A DNA stretch of 63,980 bases, filler included, from a bacterium (GCA_037439705.1; 13 parts of 13 records of this genome joined end to end with filler, not necessarily neighbours in it), one strand, 5' to 3'. Shown: positions 1 to 9,617, numbered from the whole stretch's first letter. Notes: generated from the letters alone by a model not told the origin. Program-made: numbers and translations.

Positions 1-323
1 TCATAGTGCCTGAAGAGGTATGAAATTGTTACAAAAAGAATTGTAGCAAATGAAGATGCCTTGAGGATCTCATAAAGTTCCCTTCCCGGCCCGGATAATC
101 TCATTGAGCGGTAAAGTCCAAATGAAAGATAGACAGGAATCCATACGAATGGGATCAGTATCATAAATTTTATGTATTCAATGAATGGCGGAATCCCCTT
201 TGTGACAGGGACTATCGGAAGGTAAAATCTCTGGTAATAGGAAAAGAGCCATATCCCCATAATGACAGACATATCGACCATTATGAAAAGGCTTTGAAAG
301 AACTGTGCGTATTTCTTGAACAT
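1..323 (-). CDS. Undecaprenyl-phosphate glucose phosphotransferase (WcaJ-like priming glycosyltransferase), N-terminal part; runs off the window
   Basis: Not in the ORF track. Manual translation from ATG at 323 gives MFKKYAQFFQSLFIMVDMSVIMGIWLFSYYQRF...LSFGLYRSMR...ELYEILKASSFATILF, a multi-TM N-terminus with the GLYR motif typical of this family. It starts right after the TAA of the upstream gene. Confidence 0.6.
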   Translation of the reverse strand, partial: MFKKYAQFFQSLFIMVDMSVIMGIWLFSYYQRFYLPIVPVTKGIPPFIEYIKFMILIPFVWIPVYLSFGLYRSMRLSGPGRELYEILKASSFATILFVTISYLFRHY

Positions 324-1616
324 TTATTCCAGATAGAACCTTCTTCCTTTTACATAAGAATAGCCATTTCCATAAAGCCACCATTCGCCATCAGCAAAAA
401 TTGTTTTTATATAAGAAAGTTCAACGGGATAGGTATAAACGGAAATGAAATAATGGCGTAATGAGGAAAATTCCAATTTTATCTTTTCAAATCCAGCAAT
501 TTTTGATGACGAAACTTTTCTCTCTCCTCCATCAACTACAATCCTCCAGAGGACATTTCCCTTTGAATCACTGAATTCAATGAGGGTAAATCCTGTAAGG
601 GAACTCTCCCACTCCACATCGGGAAGTTCCTTAAATTCTTCATCAGAAGAAGGCTTTGATATGATAGGTTGAGACGGAAATGAAAGGTCAAGAGAGGAGA
701 TTTTATCCTTTGCAGAAGATTTATTTATAAAATTAATAGATACCGAACCGGTTATTTCATCATCAGATAACTCAGATGGTGTTCCCCTTTCATCTATATT
801 TTCTGCCCTACCAATAACAATGAATCCATCATCCTTGGAAAGCATATCGGGATTTGGGAGTTTGAGTTCGTATGAAGATTTTTTCTGATAAATCTCTTTG
901 TAAATGGGCTTATCATTCCATCGCCCTCCAAAAAGGAAATAATAGGAAATCTCAATTTTTTCATCTATTCCGGAAGGAGGGATTATCTTTACAGAAAGTG
1001 GGATTATTGGTTCATAAAGAAGATTAAGCGGTGAAGTAATGCTCTCTCCCTCTTTTGTGAACTGGACATCATTTTTTCCAAATAACTTTGGCTTATCATT
1101 TTCTTCATAATAAACCCCAACAAGAACAGACGATGTTGGAACCTTAGGAAATTTTAAGTCCATTGAATACTCTCCTTTTCCTCCATCAACAGTTGTTTCA
1201 GTTATTCCTCCAGGGTAGGCAAAAATTTTAACAGAACCTGTTAAAGAAGAAGACATTGATATCCCTCCTGTTACACTGGAAGTATAGGTTTCACAGGAAG
1301 AATTTATATCAAAAACCTCAAGACTTGACCTTTCAGAACGATATGTAAGGTATGGTTCACCTTCCCTCTTGAAGGTTATAAAATATGGTTTAAAAACGCT
1401 TTTTATATGAACCTCTCCATTTTCACCTGTTTTCACGGTCTCTGTAATTCCTGAAACATAAATCTCAAGGTCTTTTATCGGATTACCGCATATGTCCTTA
1501 ACGATGAGGTCAAGTGGTCCTGTTGTTATTCCTGGAACAGGAATGTTCTCAGAAACATGGGTTCCACAGGAAATAGCAAATGTAGCAAATAAAAAAACAA
1601 ATAAAATTCTCTTCAA
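324..1616 (-). CDS. Hypothetical lipoprotein (430 aa)
   Basis: Signal peptide with lipobox-like FAISC; beta-rich mature part; tightly packed in the operon. Confidence 0.7.
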   Translation of the reverse strand: MKRILFVFLFATFAISCGTHVSENIPVPGITTGPLDLIVKDICGNPIKDLEIYVSGITETVKTGENGEVHIKSVFKPYFITFKREGEPYLTYRSERSSLEVFDINSSCETYTSSVTGGISMSSSLTGSVKIFAYPGGITETTVDGGKGEYSMDLKFPKVPTSSVLVGVYYEENDKPKLFGKNDVQFTKEGESITSPLNLLYEPIIPLSVKIIPPSGIDEKIEISYYFLFGGRWNDKPIYKEIYQKKSSYELKLPNPDMLSKDDGFIVIGRAENIDERGTPSELSDDEITGSVSINFINKSSAKDKISSLDLSFPSQPIISKPSSDEEFKELPDVEWESSLTGFTLIEFSDSKGNVLWRIVVDGGERKVSSSKIAGFEKIKLEFSSLRHYFISVYTYPVELSYIKTIFADGEWWLYGNGYSYVKGRRFYLE

Positions 1617-1617
1617 T

Positions 1618-1980
1618 TTATTCCTCCTTCTTTCCGATTATTTTATCAAGAAGCTCGGGAACAAGGTCTATTGCTTTTGTTAAAGCTCCCTTGAGACCCT
1701 CTCCAACTGTATAAAGGGTCGCCCTTCCTTCTTTTGTTATTACGAGTAATGCAACAGGGTCAATTGAAAGTGCTCCACCTGTCCCACCCGAATCAAGAGA
1801 ACCCCTCTTCTCGCTCACCCCCCTGTTTAAAGAACCCACCCCAAAACCAATTCTGACCCTTGATATGGGAACAACGGTCAGACCCTCAACGACGAAAGGC
1901 TTTCCAATTACCGTTTCGGTTTTAACCATTCCTGTAAGCCCATCAAAGAGTGAACTAAGTATTTCCTTTGCATCCATCAT
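1618..1980 (-). CDS. GerW/YtfJ family protein
   Basis: TETVIGKP...VVPISRVRIGFGVG...GGTGGALSIDPVALLVI matches the YtfJ family pattern. Confidence 0.8.
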   Translation of the reverse strand: MMDAKEILSSLFDGLTGMVKTETVIGKPFVVEGLTVVPISRVRIGFGVGSLNRGVSEKRGSLDSGGTGGALSIDPVALLVITKEGRATLYTVGEGLKGALTKAIDLVPELLDKIIGKKEE

Positions 1981-2405
1981 TTCCTCCTTTTATATGAATT
2001 ATATAAAATTTTTAAAAACTTTAAAACCCTTATTCCAAATACTGTTTCAATCTCTATAAAAAATGGAAGCCTTTCAAAGGAAATGGCATTTTCAATTGGC
2101 AAAAAGGGAGAAACCGCTGAAAAAAACCCAAAAAGGATTCCTGAATAAAAAGGGTCATCAAATCCACCATTCACTTTTACCTTCAAGGATGTAAGAAAAA
2201 ACGGGTTATCTTTTAAATTTGAGAATATAAAACTTATGGTCTCAACGGGAGAAGAGCTACCTTTACCCTTCAATCTCCACTCCCTTCCAAGAATCCTCAG
2301 ATAACTCCCTGTTTCCCTTATCGTTAAGACCAGTATTTTAAAAGGAAAATAAATTTCAAAAAAGGAAACCCTGCCCAGCATAGCCCTCATTCTAAATCCC
2401 CTCAT
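1977..2405 (-). CDS. DUF2953/YtfI-like hypothetical protein
   Basis: GFDDPFYSGILFG motif; lies directly upstream of the YtfJ homologue, the usual ytfI-ytfJ arrangement. Confidence 0.5.
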   Translation of the reverse strand: MRGFRMRAMLGRVSFFEIYFPFKILVLTIRETGSYLRILGREWRLKGKGSSSPVETISFIFSNLKDNPFFLTSLKVKVNGGFDDPFYSGILFGFFSAVSPFLPIENAISFERLPFFIEIETVFGIRVLKFLKILYNSYKRRK

Positions 2406-4711
2406 TCTTCAACCTTTGGGAAAAGTATCTCTCCCTTGCTCACAGGAACCTCCTGATTTATAACCTCATTTTTTATAACTTCCTTGAATGATACCTCCTC
2501 TATTTCTCTTTCCATTCCAAGAAGTTTCCACATCTTCTCGGCGCTTTCTGGCATAAATGGATAAAGCATAAGGGCTGAAAATCTCAAATAGCTCGCCACA
2601 TTTGAAAGAACCTCCTTCACCTTCTTTTCTTTTTTCTCCTGCCAAAGTTTCCATGGTGCATTCTCATCAAGATATCTGTTTAATTCATCAAACAGTGCCC
2701 ATATATTTGTCAGAGCTCTGTAGAAATCTATCATCTCCATCGAAGAAATGTAGCCGTTGAATATGTGATTGAATTTCTCCTTGAGTTTCGCCTCCCTGGA
2801 ACCTGTGAATTTTGCCTTTTCAAGACTTCCCCTGAAGTATCTCCACGACATATCAAGCGTCCTCTTCACAAGATTACCGAGGTTATTGGCAAGGTCTGAA
2901 TTTATTCTCTGAATGAGGGACTTTATTGAAAAATCTCCATCAAGTCCAAGGGGAACCTCTCTGAAAAGGAAGAACCTGAACTGGTCAACCCCGTATTTTT
3001 CAACCACCATCTTCGGGTCGACCACATTTCCGAGGGATTTGCTCATTTTCTTTCCATCAACAGTCCACCATCCGTGCGCAAAGATGCTTTTCGGAAGTGG
3101 AAGCCCTGCGGACATAAGAAAAGCCGGCCAGTAAACAGCATGAAACCTCAATATGTCCTTCCCTATGAAATGGACATCAGCAGGCCAGATTGCCGAAAAT
3201 ACCTCTGAAGAGGGAAATCCGACACCGCTCAGATAATTGACAAGCGCATCAAACCAGACATAGATTGTATGTTCATTATCAGTAGGAACCTTTATCCCCC
3301 ATTTAACCGTTTTTCTCGTTATGCTTATATCCCTCAAACCCTCTTTAACAAATGAAATAACCTCGTTTCTCTTTGAATCTGGCATTATAAAATTTGGATT
3401 TTCTTCATAAAGTCTTAAAAGCCTGTCCTGATATTTTGAGAGCCTGAAAAAATAAGTTTTTTCCTTCACTTTTTCAACCTCTCTTCCACAGGATGGACAC
3501 TTTCCATCAACGAGTTCACCATCTGTCCAGAAACTCTCACAGGGAACACAATACCAATCCTCATAATCTCCAAGATATATATCCCCCTTCTCATAGATTC
3601 TTTTCCAGAACTCTATAACAGCCATTTCGTGCCTTTCTTCGGTTGTCCTTATGAAGTCATCGTTTGAAATGTTCAGAATCCTCCATAGTTCTTTGTATCT
3701 ATGAACCACCCTGTTCGCAAGTTCAATGGGAGTTATACCCTCCATCTCCGCCTGCTTCTCTATCTTCCTTCCGTGCTCATCAGTTCCTGTGAGAAAAAAC
3801 ACGCTCTTTCCGTTAAGCCTCTGGAACCTTGCAAGGACATCCGCAGCAATGGTTGTGTAGGAGTGCCCTATATGAGGGAGGTCATTAACATAATATATGG
3901 GGGTTGTAATATAAAACATCTCTCCCCTTCCCTTTGCCCAGACATTTCCCTTTGTAAACTTCATTTCTCCCCCTTCGTCTATTTTTATAACATAACTTCC
4001 TGAAAGTGGCTCTATCTCCTTCACAATTCCATCGCCCGCTGGTGTTGAAACCCTTGTGCCTTCAGGAAGAAATTTCTTTCTTTCAGAGGAATAAAAATCA
4101 GCCTCATAGGCAAGACAGCACATTAGCCTTCCGCATATTCCAGATACCTTCTGTGGATTTACAAAAAGGTTTTGTTCCCTAACCATTTTGAGCGTGATTG
4201 ATTCAAACTCATTTATAAATCGCGCACAGCATAAGGGAAGACCGCAGGGCCCAATTCCACCACCTATTTTCGTTGCATCCCTTACTCCAATCTGTTTCAT
4301 CTCTATTGTGAGATTGAGTGTCTTAGCAAGGTCCCTAACAAGCTTTCTGAAATCAACCCTTTGCGGAGCTGAAAAATAAAAAATAACCTTTTTTCCATCA
4401 AGACTCATCTCACTCTCAATAAGTTTCATATTAAGGTCGTGCTCCTTAATTTTCTCCTTACAAATCTCAAATGCTTTCTCCGCTATTGCCTTATTATCAA
4501 AATTTTGAGATATGTCCTCATCTGTAGCCCTCCTTATTATTTCAAAAACCCCCTTTATTTCTTCCTCGGTCTCCATTACCCCCATCACCCTTCCCAAAAA
4601 TTCTTTACCATCTTTTAAAACCACAACACAATCACCTGGCACAAAAAAACCATCCTTCTCCACACATGTGTCCACACAAAAAATTCCTGTTTTTACTCTG
4701 AGATACCTCAT
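2402..4711 (-). CDS. metG: PSP1/RicT(YaaT) domain fused in frame to methionyl-tRNA synthetase
   Basis: N-terminal part (4711-3920) has RVDFRKLVRDLA, GGIGPCGLPLCC and SGICGRLMCCL (PSP1). From 3919: MFYITTPIYYVN, HIGH, zinc knuckle, YVWFDAL, GKDILRFH, KMSKS (MetRS). No stop codon between the two. Confidence 0.9.
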   Translation of the reverse strand: MRYLRVKTGIFCVDTCVEKDGFFVPGDCVVVLKDGKEFLGRVMGVMETEEEIKGVFEIIRRATDEDISQNFDNKAIAEKAFEICKEKIKEHDLNMKLIESEMSLDGKKVIFYFSAPQRVDFRKLVRDLAKTLNLTIEMKQIGVRDATKIGGGIGPCGLPLCCARFINEFESITLKMVREQNLFVNPQKVSGICGRLMCCLAYEADFYSSERKKFLPEGTRVSTPAGDGIVKEIEPLSGSYVIKIDEGGEMKFTKGNVWAKGRGEMFYITTPIYYVNDLPHIGHSYTTIAADVLARFQRLNGKSVFFLTGTDEHGRKIEKQAEMEGITPIELANRVVHRYKELWRILNISNDDFIRTTEERHEMAVIEFWKRIYEKGDIYLGDYEDWYCVPCESFWTDGELVDGKCPSCGREVEKVKEKTYFFRLSKYQDRLLRLYEENPNFIMPDSKRNEVISFVKEGLRDISITRKTVKWGIKVPTDNEHTIYVWFDALVNYLSGVGFPSSEVFSAIWPADVHFIGKDILRFHAVYWPAFLMSAGLPLPKSIFAHGWWTVDGKKMSKSLGNVVDPKMVVEKYGVDQFRFFLFREVPLGLDGDFSIKSLIQRINSDLANNLGNLVKRTLDMSWRYFRGSLEKAKFTGSREAKLKEKFNHIFNGYISSMEMIDFYRALTNIWALFDELNRYLDENAPWKLWQEKKEKKVKEVLSNVASYLRFSALMLYPFMPESAEKMWKLLGMEREIEEVSFKEVIKNEVINQEVPVSKGEILFPKVEE

Positions 4712-4926
4712 TGATTAAAGTTTATACAAAAGAGCAGTCATTTCAAGGATATTTTTTTATCTTTGCAGTTTGTAAATTTCCTCCATAAGGAGCATAAAAA
4801 AGAGTTTTGCAGAAGACAGGGGAAAGTGAGAGGGGGTTTGAAAAAGATATAACCGGGTGGTAAAAAGAAAAAATATATCTAAAATTTTTAGTTAAATTGT
4901 ATTGATACTGAAATTTGCTCAAATTC

Positions 4927-4955
4927 TTGACTTTTGAAAATTTTTCCCTTATAAT
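4927..4955 (+). promoter_or_regulatory. Sigma70-type promoter, likely leaderless transcript
   Basis: TTGACT (4927-4932), 17 nt, TATAAT (4950-4955); ATG follows 6 nt later with no Shine-Dalgarno sequence. Confidence 0.7.
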
Positions 4956-4961
4956 TTAATT

Positions 4962-5272
4962 ATGTGGCTGGCAATTGTGATAGGTGGAGCGATTGCATTA
5001 AGCTGGGCTTTTTTACCTTTTAATTCCGCAATTCTCTTTACAATTCTTGGGCTTATCCTTGGAGGAATTAGCCTTTATTTGGGATGGAGGTCAGAAAAAT
5101 TGATAAGAGAAATAAAAGAAATGATAAAGGAGTGGAGGGCGGAAACCAACAGGATGATTGATGATGGATTAAAGAGGCTTGAAAGGATAACAGAGGATGG
5201 AAGGAGAGAGACGAGGGAGTTTTTCAAAGAGACAGCGAGAATCCTTGCAAAGATGGATGAAAGGGCTGAAGA
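4962..5272 (+). CDS. Small protein with two N-terminal TM helices and a coiled coil; truncated at contig end
   Basis: Hydrophobic N-terminus followed by an E/K/R-rich heptad region; a deleted paralogue lies at 51715-51826. Confidence 0.65.
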
Positions 5273-5372
5273 NNNNNNNNNNNNNNNNNNNNNNNNNNNN
5301 NNNNNNNNNNNNNNNNTTAATTAATTAANNNNNNNNNNNNNNNNNNNNNNNNNNNNNNNNNNNNNNNNNNNN
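5273..5372. other. Artificial contig-joining spacer (first of 12)
   Basis: N44-TTAATTAATTAA-N44, which stops all six frames. Identical spacers start at 10590, 15866, 21140, 26350, 31532, 36576, 41544, 46511, 51457, 56272 and 61037. Confidence 0.98.
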
Positions 5373-6554
5373 GGAAGCGGTGTGTCCGTAGCGCTATAGG
5401 ATTGCATATCGAGGGGCAGAAATTTTTGAAGCGATTTCTTAAAGATGTATTTAGTCTTTCTGACTCTTACCTTTAAAGAAGATGTAAGGCACGCGGAAAA
5501 TTCTACAAGATGATGGTCAAGAATTGGAGTTCTAACTTCTACAGAGCAAGCCATTGCCATCTTATCCGCCTTCATAAGAATGTCTTCAGCAAGCCAGATT
5601 TTTATGTCAGCATAAAATACTCTGTCAAGAAAGTTCAAATTGTTCACCCTAACTTCTGCTATTGAAAGATAAATTTCCTGGGGTTTTGAATTGAAACTCG
5701 GACAGAGGAGTTTCATCTCGGTATCGTTAAAATATGATAACCAGACAAAATTTCTAACCACAGGATTTTTATCAGTAACCGCAAGCCGTTTCATGTATTC
5801 AGGAATTTTTCCAGGCAGAAAATGGAATGTTGAGATTATTTCAAAAGCATTTCTTCGTAAAGATGATGGTAGCACATCCAAAAAATGAGCAATTTTATGA
5901 AGAATGTAACGGGGATACCCACCAAATATCTCATCTCCTCCCTCTCCGCTTAACAATACCTTTATCCCCATTTCGCGGGCTTTTTTAGAAATTAAAAACA
6001 CAGGAACACAGGCTTCATCTGCTATTGGTTCATCTAAATGCCATATAAGAAGCGGCAAATAAGATAGGTCTTTTTCTTGAAGGATTATCTCGTTGTGATT
6101 TGTCCCAAAGAATGAAGCGACTTTTTTAGCATATACTCTTTCATCATACAATGAATTTTCAAATCCTATGATGATTGTATTTATGTTAGATGTGCTTTCA
6201 GCCATTAAACCAACGATGGCACTTGAATCAATACCACCAGATAACATCACTCCTAAGGGAACATCGCTTATAAGTCTGTATTTAACAGATTCCCTCAAAA
6301 GTATCCCGAGCCTCTCTATCACATCATTTTCATCCGCTGGATTTTTTAGAGAAAAATTTATATCCCAGTATCTTTTGAATTTTATATCTCCTTCACAATA
6401 AATAAGCATATAGCCGGGAGGAAGTTTGTTTATTCCTTTGAACAGCGTTATCTCGCCTGGAATATATTGAAGGTGAAGATAAAGGTTGAGAGCATCTTCA
6501 TTAACTTCAGTTTTTGTGCTACTGGCCGACAGAATTGCCTTTATTTCTGAAGCG
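5373..6554 (-). pseudogene. asnB: Asparagine synthase (glutamine-hydrolysing) family fragment
   Basis: SDVPLGVMLSGGIDSS, LSGEGGDEIFGGY, DKMAMACSVEVRTP. The frame extends upstream to ASEIKAIL, where the IR element at 6555 cuts it, so the N-terminal MCGI glutaminase start is absent. The C-terminus leaves the family pattern at about 5409. Confidence 0.8.
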
Positions 6555-6878
6555 GGTCATTGGTTAAGAGATAGTATCCATTTGTATGAGAATTTATATT
6601 TTGTTTAAGAGGGAAGAAGATTTTAATTTGGGGTGTGAGGTGGTGGATGATGATGAAGGGGAAAAGTGCGATGGATTTAGGGAGATTGAGGGGAAAGGGT
6701 TTCCTACTTTCATGGGCTTCCTCCTTCTATCATTTTCATAAGATATCCTGATGGGGGAAGCCCCCTATTTCAACGATTTTCTTTATCATCTTATGAAGAG
6801 CCTCCTTATTTTCAGGAACATAAACATTCTTCCATCTCCTTTTCCATACCTTACACCTCCGGATACTATCTCTTAACC
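6555..6878. mobile_element. Non-autonomous element with 18-bp perfect inverted repeats (family B)
   Basis: GGTTAAGAGATAGTATCC (6562-6579) and its reverse complement (6861-6878). The left end recurs at 36676-36745 (inverted) and 63929-63980. Confidence 0.65.
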
Positions 6879-6968
6879 CGAAAGAGCAAGAATGATTGAC
6901 AATTTATCTGATATTTCTTAAAATTTCTCAACAGGTGAGAAAAAAATTGAAGAAATTGTATCAGTAAG

Positions 6969-8231
6969 ATGGATAAAGAACGTGTAAAAGACTATCTCGC
7001 TGAATATATGAAAAGGGACCTCCCGTGGCTTGTTGAAAGGGAACTGGAGGTTAGTGAAACGGAGAGAAGGATAATTACCATAATTGGACCGAGGAGAGCA
7101 GGAAAAACCTATTATCTTTATCAATTGATGAAGAAAAACAGGGAAAGGCCGCTTTATCTTAACTTTGAAGATACAAGACTGATTGACCTTTCTTTTAAAG
7201 AAATAAGGGATTTAATAAGGATGTATAAAGAAATCACCGGGAGGGAACCACTTTACCTGTTTTTTGATGAGGTTCAGAACATTGAAGGTTGGGAAATAGC
7301 ACTGAGGGAACTACTTGACACCGGAAGGTTCAGAATTTTTGTTACAGGCTCTTCTTCGAAATTATTAAGTAGAGAAATAGCCACATCTTTGAGGGGAAGA
7401 ACCCTCACCTATATACTTCTTCCTTTCAGTTTTTCTGAGTTCTTAAAAGCAAAAAATATCTCCCTTCAATTTATTTCAAAAGATGATGAAACCACAGTTA
7501 AAAAAGAACTGAGGGAGTATTTAGAGTTCGGAGGGTTTCCCGAGGTGGTTCTTGAAAAAGAAAAGGAAAAGATACTGAAAGAGTTCTATGACCTTATTCT
7601 TTTTAAAGATATCGTTGAAAGGCATAACCTGAGGAACATAAGCCTTGCAAAATTCCTGCTCTCCTTCTTTGCACAGAATTTCTCATCCATGATGAGCGTC
7701 AACAAAATTCTGAATTTCTTTAAATCGCAGGGTAAAAAATTTGGCAGGAACACCCTTTACGATTATATTGACAAAATTCAGGATACTGTCGCTGTTTTCT
7801 TCCTCAGCAGATATTCTACAAAGATATATACAAGAGAAAGTTGGCCAAAAAAAATCTATCTTGCTGACACAGGTATTTCAAGGGTTGTAAAATTTTCTCA
7901 AGATATGGGGAGATTGATGGAAAATGTTGTGTTTCTTGAACTCCTGAGGAAAACAAACAAGCATCCTTTGATGGAAATTTATTTTTTGAACATTAACAAT
8001 AAAGAGGTGGATTTCCTGCTCAAAAAGGGTGAGGAGATAAGTTTGATTCAGGTATGTTATGAGATAGAAGGCTTTAAAACCAGGGAAAGGGAGATAAAAA
8101 GTTTGCTCAAAGCAGGTGATGAGTTAAATTGCAAAAATCTTCTTATCCTTACATGGGATTATGAAGGTGAGGAAAAATTCAGGGAGAAAAAGATAAACTT
8201 CATTCCTCTCTGGAAGTGGCTTCTTTTTTGA
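6969..8231 (+). CDS. AAA_14 / DUF4143 ATP-binding protein
   Basis: Walker A GPRRAGKT, LNFED, Walker B FFDEVQ, TGSSSKLL, GGFPE, KKIYLADTG, ENVVFLEL, EVDF. Confidence 0.9.
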   Translation: MDKERVKDYLAEYMKRDLPWLVERELEVSETERRIITIIGPRRAGKTYYLYQLMKKNRERPLYLNFEDTRLIDLSFKEIRDLIRMYKEITGREPLYLFFDEVQNIEGWEIALRELLDTGRFRIFVTGSSSKLLSREIATSLRGRTLTYILLPFSFSEFLKAKNISLQFISKDDETTVKKELREYLEFGGFPEVVLEKEKEKILKEFYDLILFKDIVERHNLRNISLAKFLLSFFAQNFSSMMSVNKILNFFKSQGKKFGRNTLYDYIDKIQDTVAVFFLSRYSTKIYTRESWPKKIYLADTGISRVVKFSQDMGRLMENVVFLELLRKTNKHPLMEIYFLNINNKEVDFLLKKGEEISLIQVCYEIEGFKTREREIKSLLKAGDELNCKNLLILTWDYEGEEKFREKKINFIPLWKWLLF

Positions 8232-9294
8232 GGACTTCTAAAAAAACCCCTTCATAATCCTCAACCATCCTTTCCTTTGAGTAATATCTGGATGCTTCAA
8301 GGGCATTTTTTGACAGTTTCTCCCTTAATGGTGTATCTTCACACAACCTTAAAACCCATTCCGCTATGGAAAACGGGTCTTCCGGCGGGATAAGTATGCC
8401 TGTCTCATTTTCTTTTACCACCTCAGGAATACCACCAACCCTCGTTGCAATCACAGGAACACCGCATGCGTATCCCTCAAAAATAACTGTGGGCGTTGCC
8501 TCAGAAACAGAGGGAACCACAAGGATGTCCATCTCCTTCATTATCCGTGGGACATCAAACCTTCTTCCAAGAAATAGGAGATTTTTATGGAATTCTTTAT
8601 ACCTTTCCTCTGCAGATTTTATTTCATCTTCATAACCTCCCACGAATATGTAAACCACATCTCTTCTTTTTTTGAGAACTAATGGAAGGCTATCAAGAAA
8701 ATACCTTCCGCCTTTCCGCCAGGAAAATCCTCCAAAAAATCCAGCAAAAAAATTTTTTTCTGAAATTCCATATTCTTTTCTTATCCATCCATCCTTTTTT
8801 GATGAAAACTCATCTAAATCTATTCCATTATAGATTATTCGCAGTTTTTCCTTTTTAACTCCGTAGAGTTCGCCTATAAATTTACAGACAACAACAACCA
8901 CATCGCCCATTTTTCTCATTTTTTTTCTCAAAAAATCAAGGTCAAAGGTATTATGAATGGTTGAAACAACCTTTGCTCTTCCAGTGATTTTTGATGATAT
9001 GCAGGCTGTAAGGGATGTCATCGCTGAATTACAATGAAGTATATCAATTTCTTCATCCTTTATGATTTTTGAAAGGGAATGAATTGCCTTAACCAGAGCC
9101 CGCACTCCCTTCTGAAACGGAATTTCAAAATGCCTTATTCCATTTTCTTCTGCAATTCTTACCGCATTTCCACCATTTGAACCAATAAAAACCTCATGCC
9201 CTCTCTTTTTTAATCCCTTTGCAAGATTGAAAACCGAAGCATTTATACCGCTTCCTCCGAGGTTGAAATCGTTTACCAGAAGAAGTATCCTCAT
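8200..9294 (-). CDS. Glycosyltransferase family 4
   Basis: IYNGID and the GT-B signature DILVVPSVSEATPTVIFEGYACGVPVIATRVGGIPEVV. Confidence 0.9.
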   Translation of the reverse strand: MRILLLVNDFNLGGSGINASVFNLAKGLKKRGHEVFIGSNGGNAVRIAEENGIRHFEIPFQKGVRALVKAIHSLSKIIKDEEIDILHCNSAMTSLTACISSKITGRAKVVSTIHNTFDLDFLRKKMRKMGDVVVVVCKFIGELYGVKKEKLRIIYNGIDLDEFSSKKDGWIRKEYGISEKNFFAGFFGGFSWRKGGRYFLDSLPLVLKKRRDVVYIFVGGYEDEIKSAEERYKEFHKNLLFLGRRFDVPRIMKEMDILVVPSVSEATPTVIFEGYACGVPVIATRVGGIPEVVKENETGILIPPEDPFSIAEWVLRLCEDTPLREKLSKNALEASRYYSKERMVEDYEGVFLEVLKKEATSREE

Positions 9295-9380
9295 CTTGGA
9301 ATTTCTACCCGAAAGAAGTATTTAATTTTTTAAGAATCATAAAATATTTGTACCATCCTGAGAATTAGTTGTCAAGTAAA

Positions 9381-9617
9381 TGTATAAGTTATATACATAT
9401 GCGACATTTTATGAGTTTGAATGAGATAATTTAAGGGGCTTTTTAGACCGAGGGATTTGTGAGGTCTTTTTATTATCTAATACACTCAAAATCCTCTCAA
9501 ACTATAAAGCATATCCTGAAACCTCCTCTTGTAAAATCCCCTTATATTACCAAATATAGAATAAAACTTCATCTCTCCCTCTCACTCCTTAATGTCGCTC
9601 ATATCTTAACTTTTCCA
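9381..9617. mobile_element. MITE-like repeat with TG...CA ends (family A, long copy)
   Basis: 9381-9460 and 9568-9617 match 29236-29365. Imperfect terminal IRs TGTATAAGTT...GCGACATT and AATGTCGC...AACTTTTCCA. Confidence 0.55.

Noticed and set aside
6580..6860. Transposase assignment (IS1595 or IS256 type) for the interior of the family B element
   Set aside because: Only short broken frames with no DDE motif I can recognise; family left unassigned.
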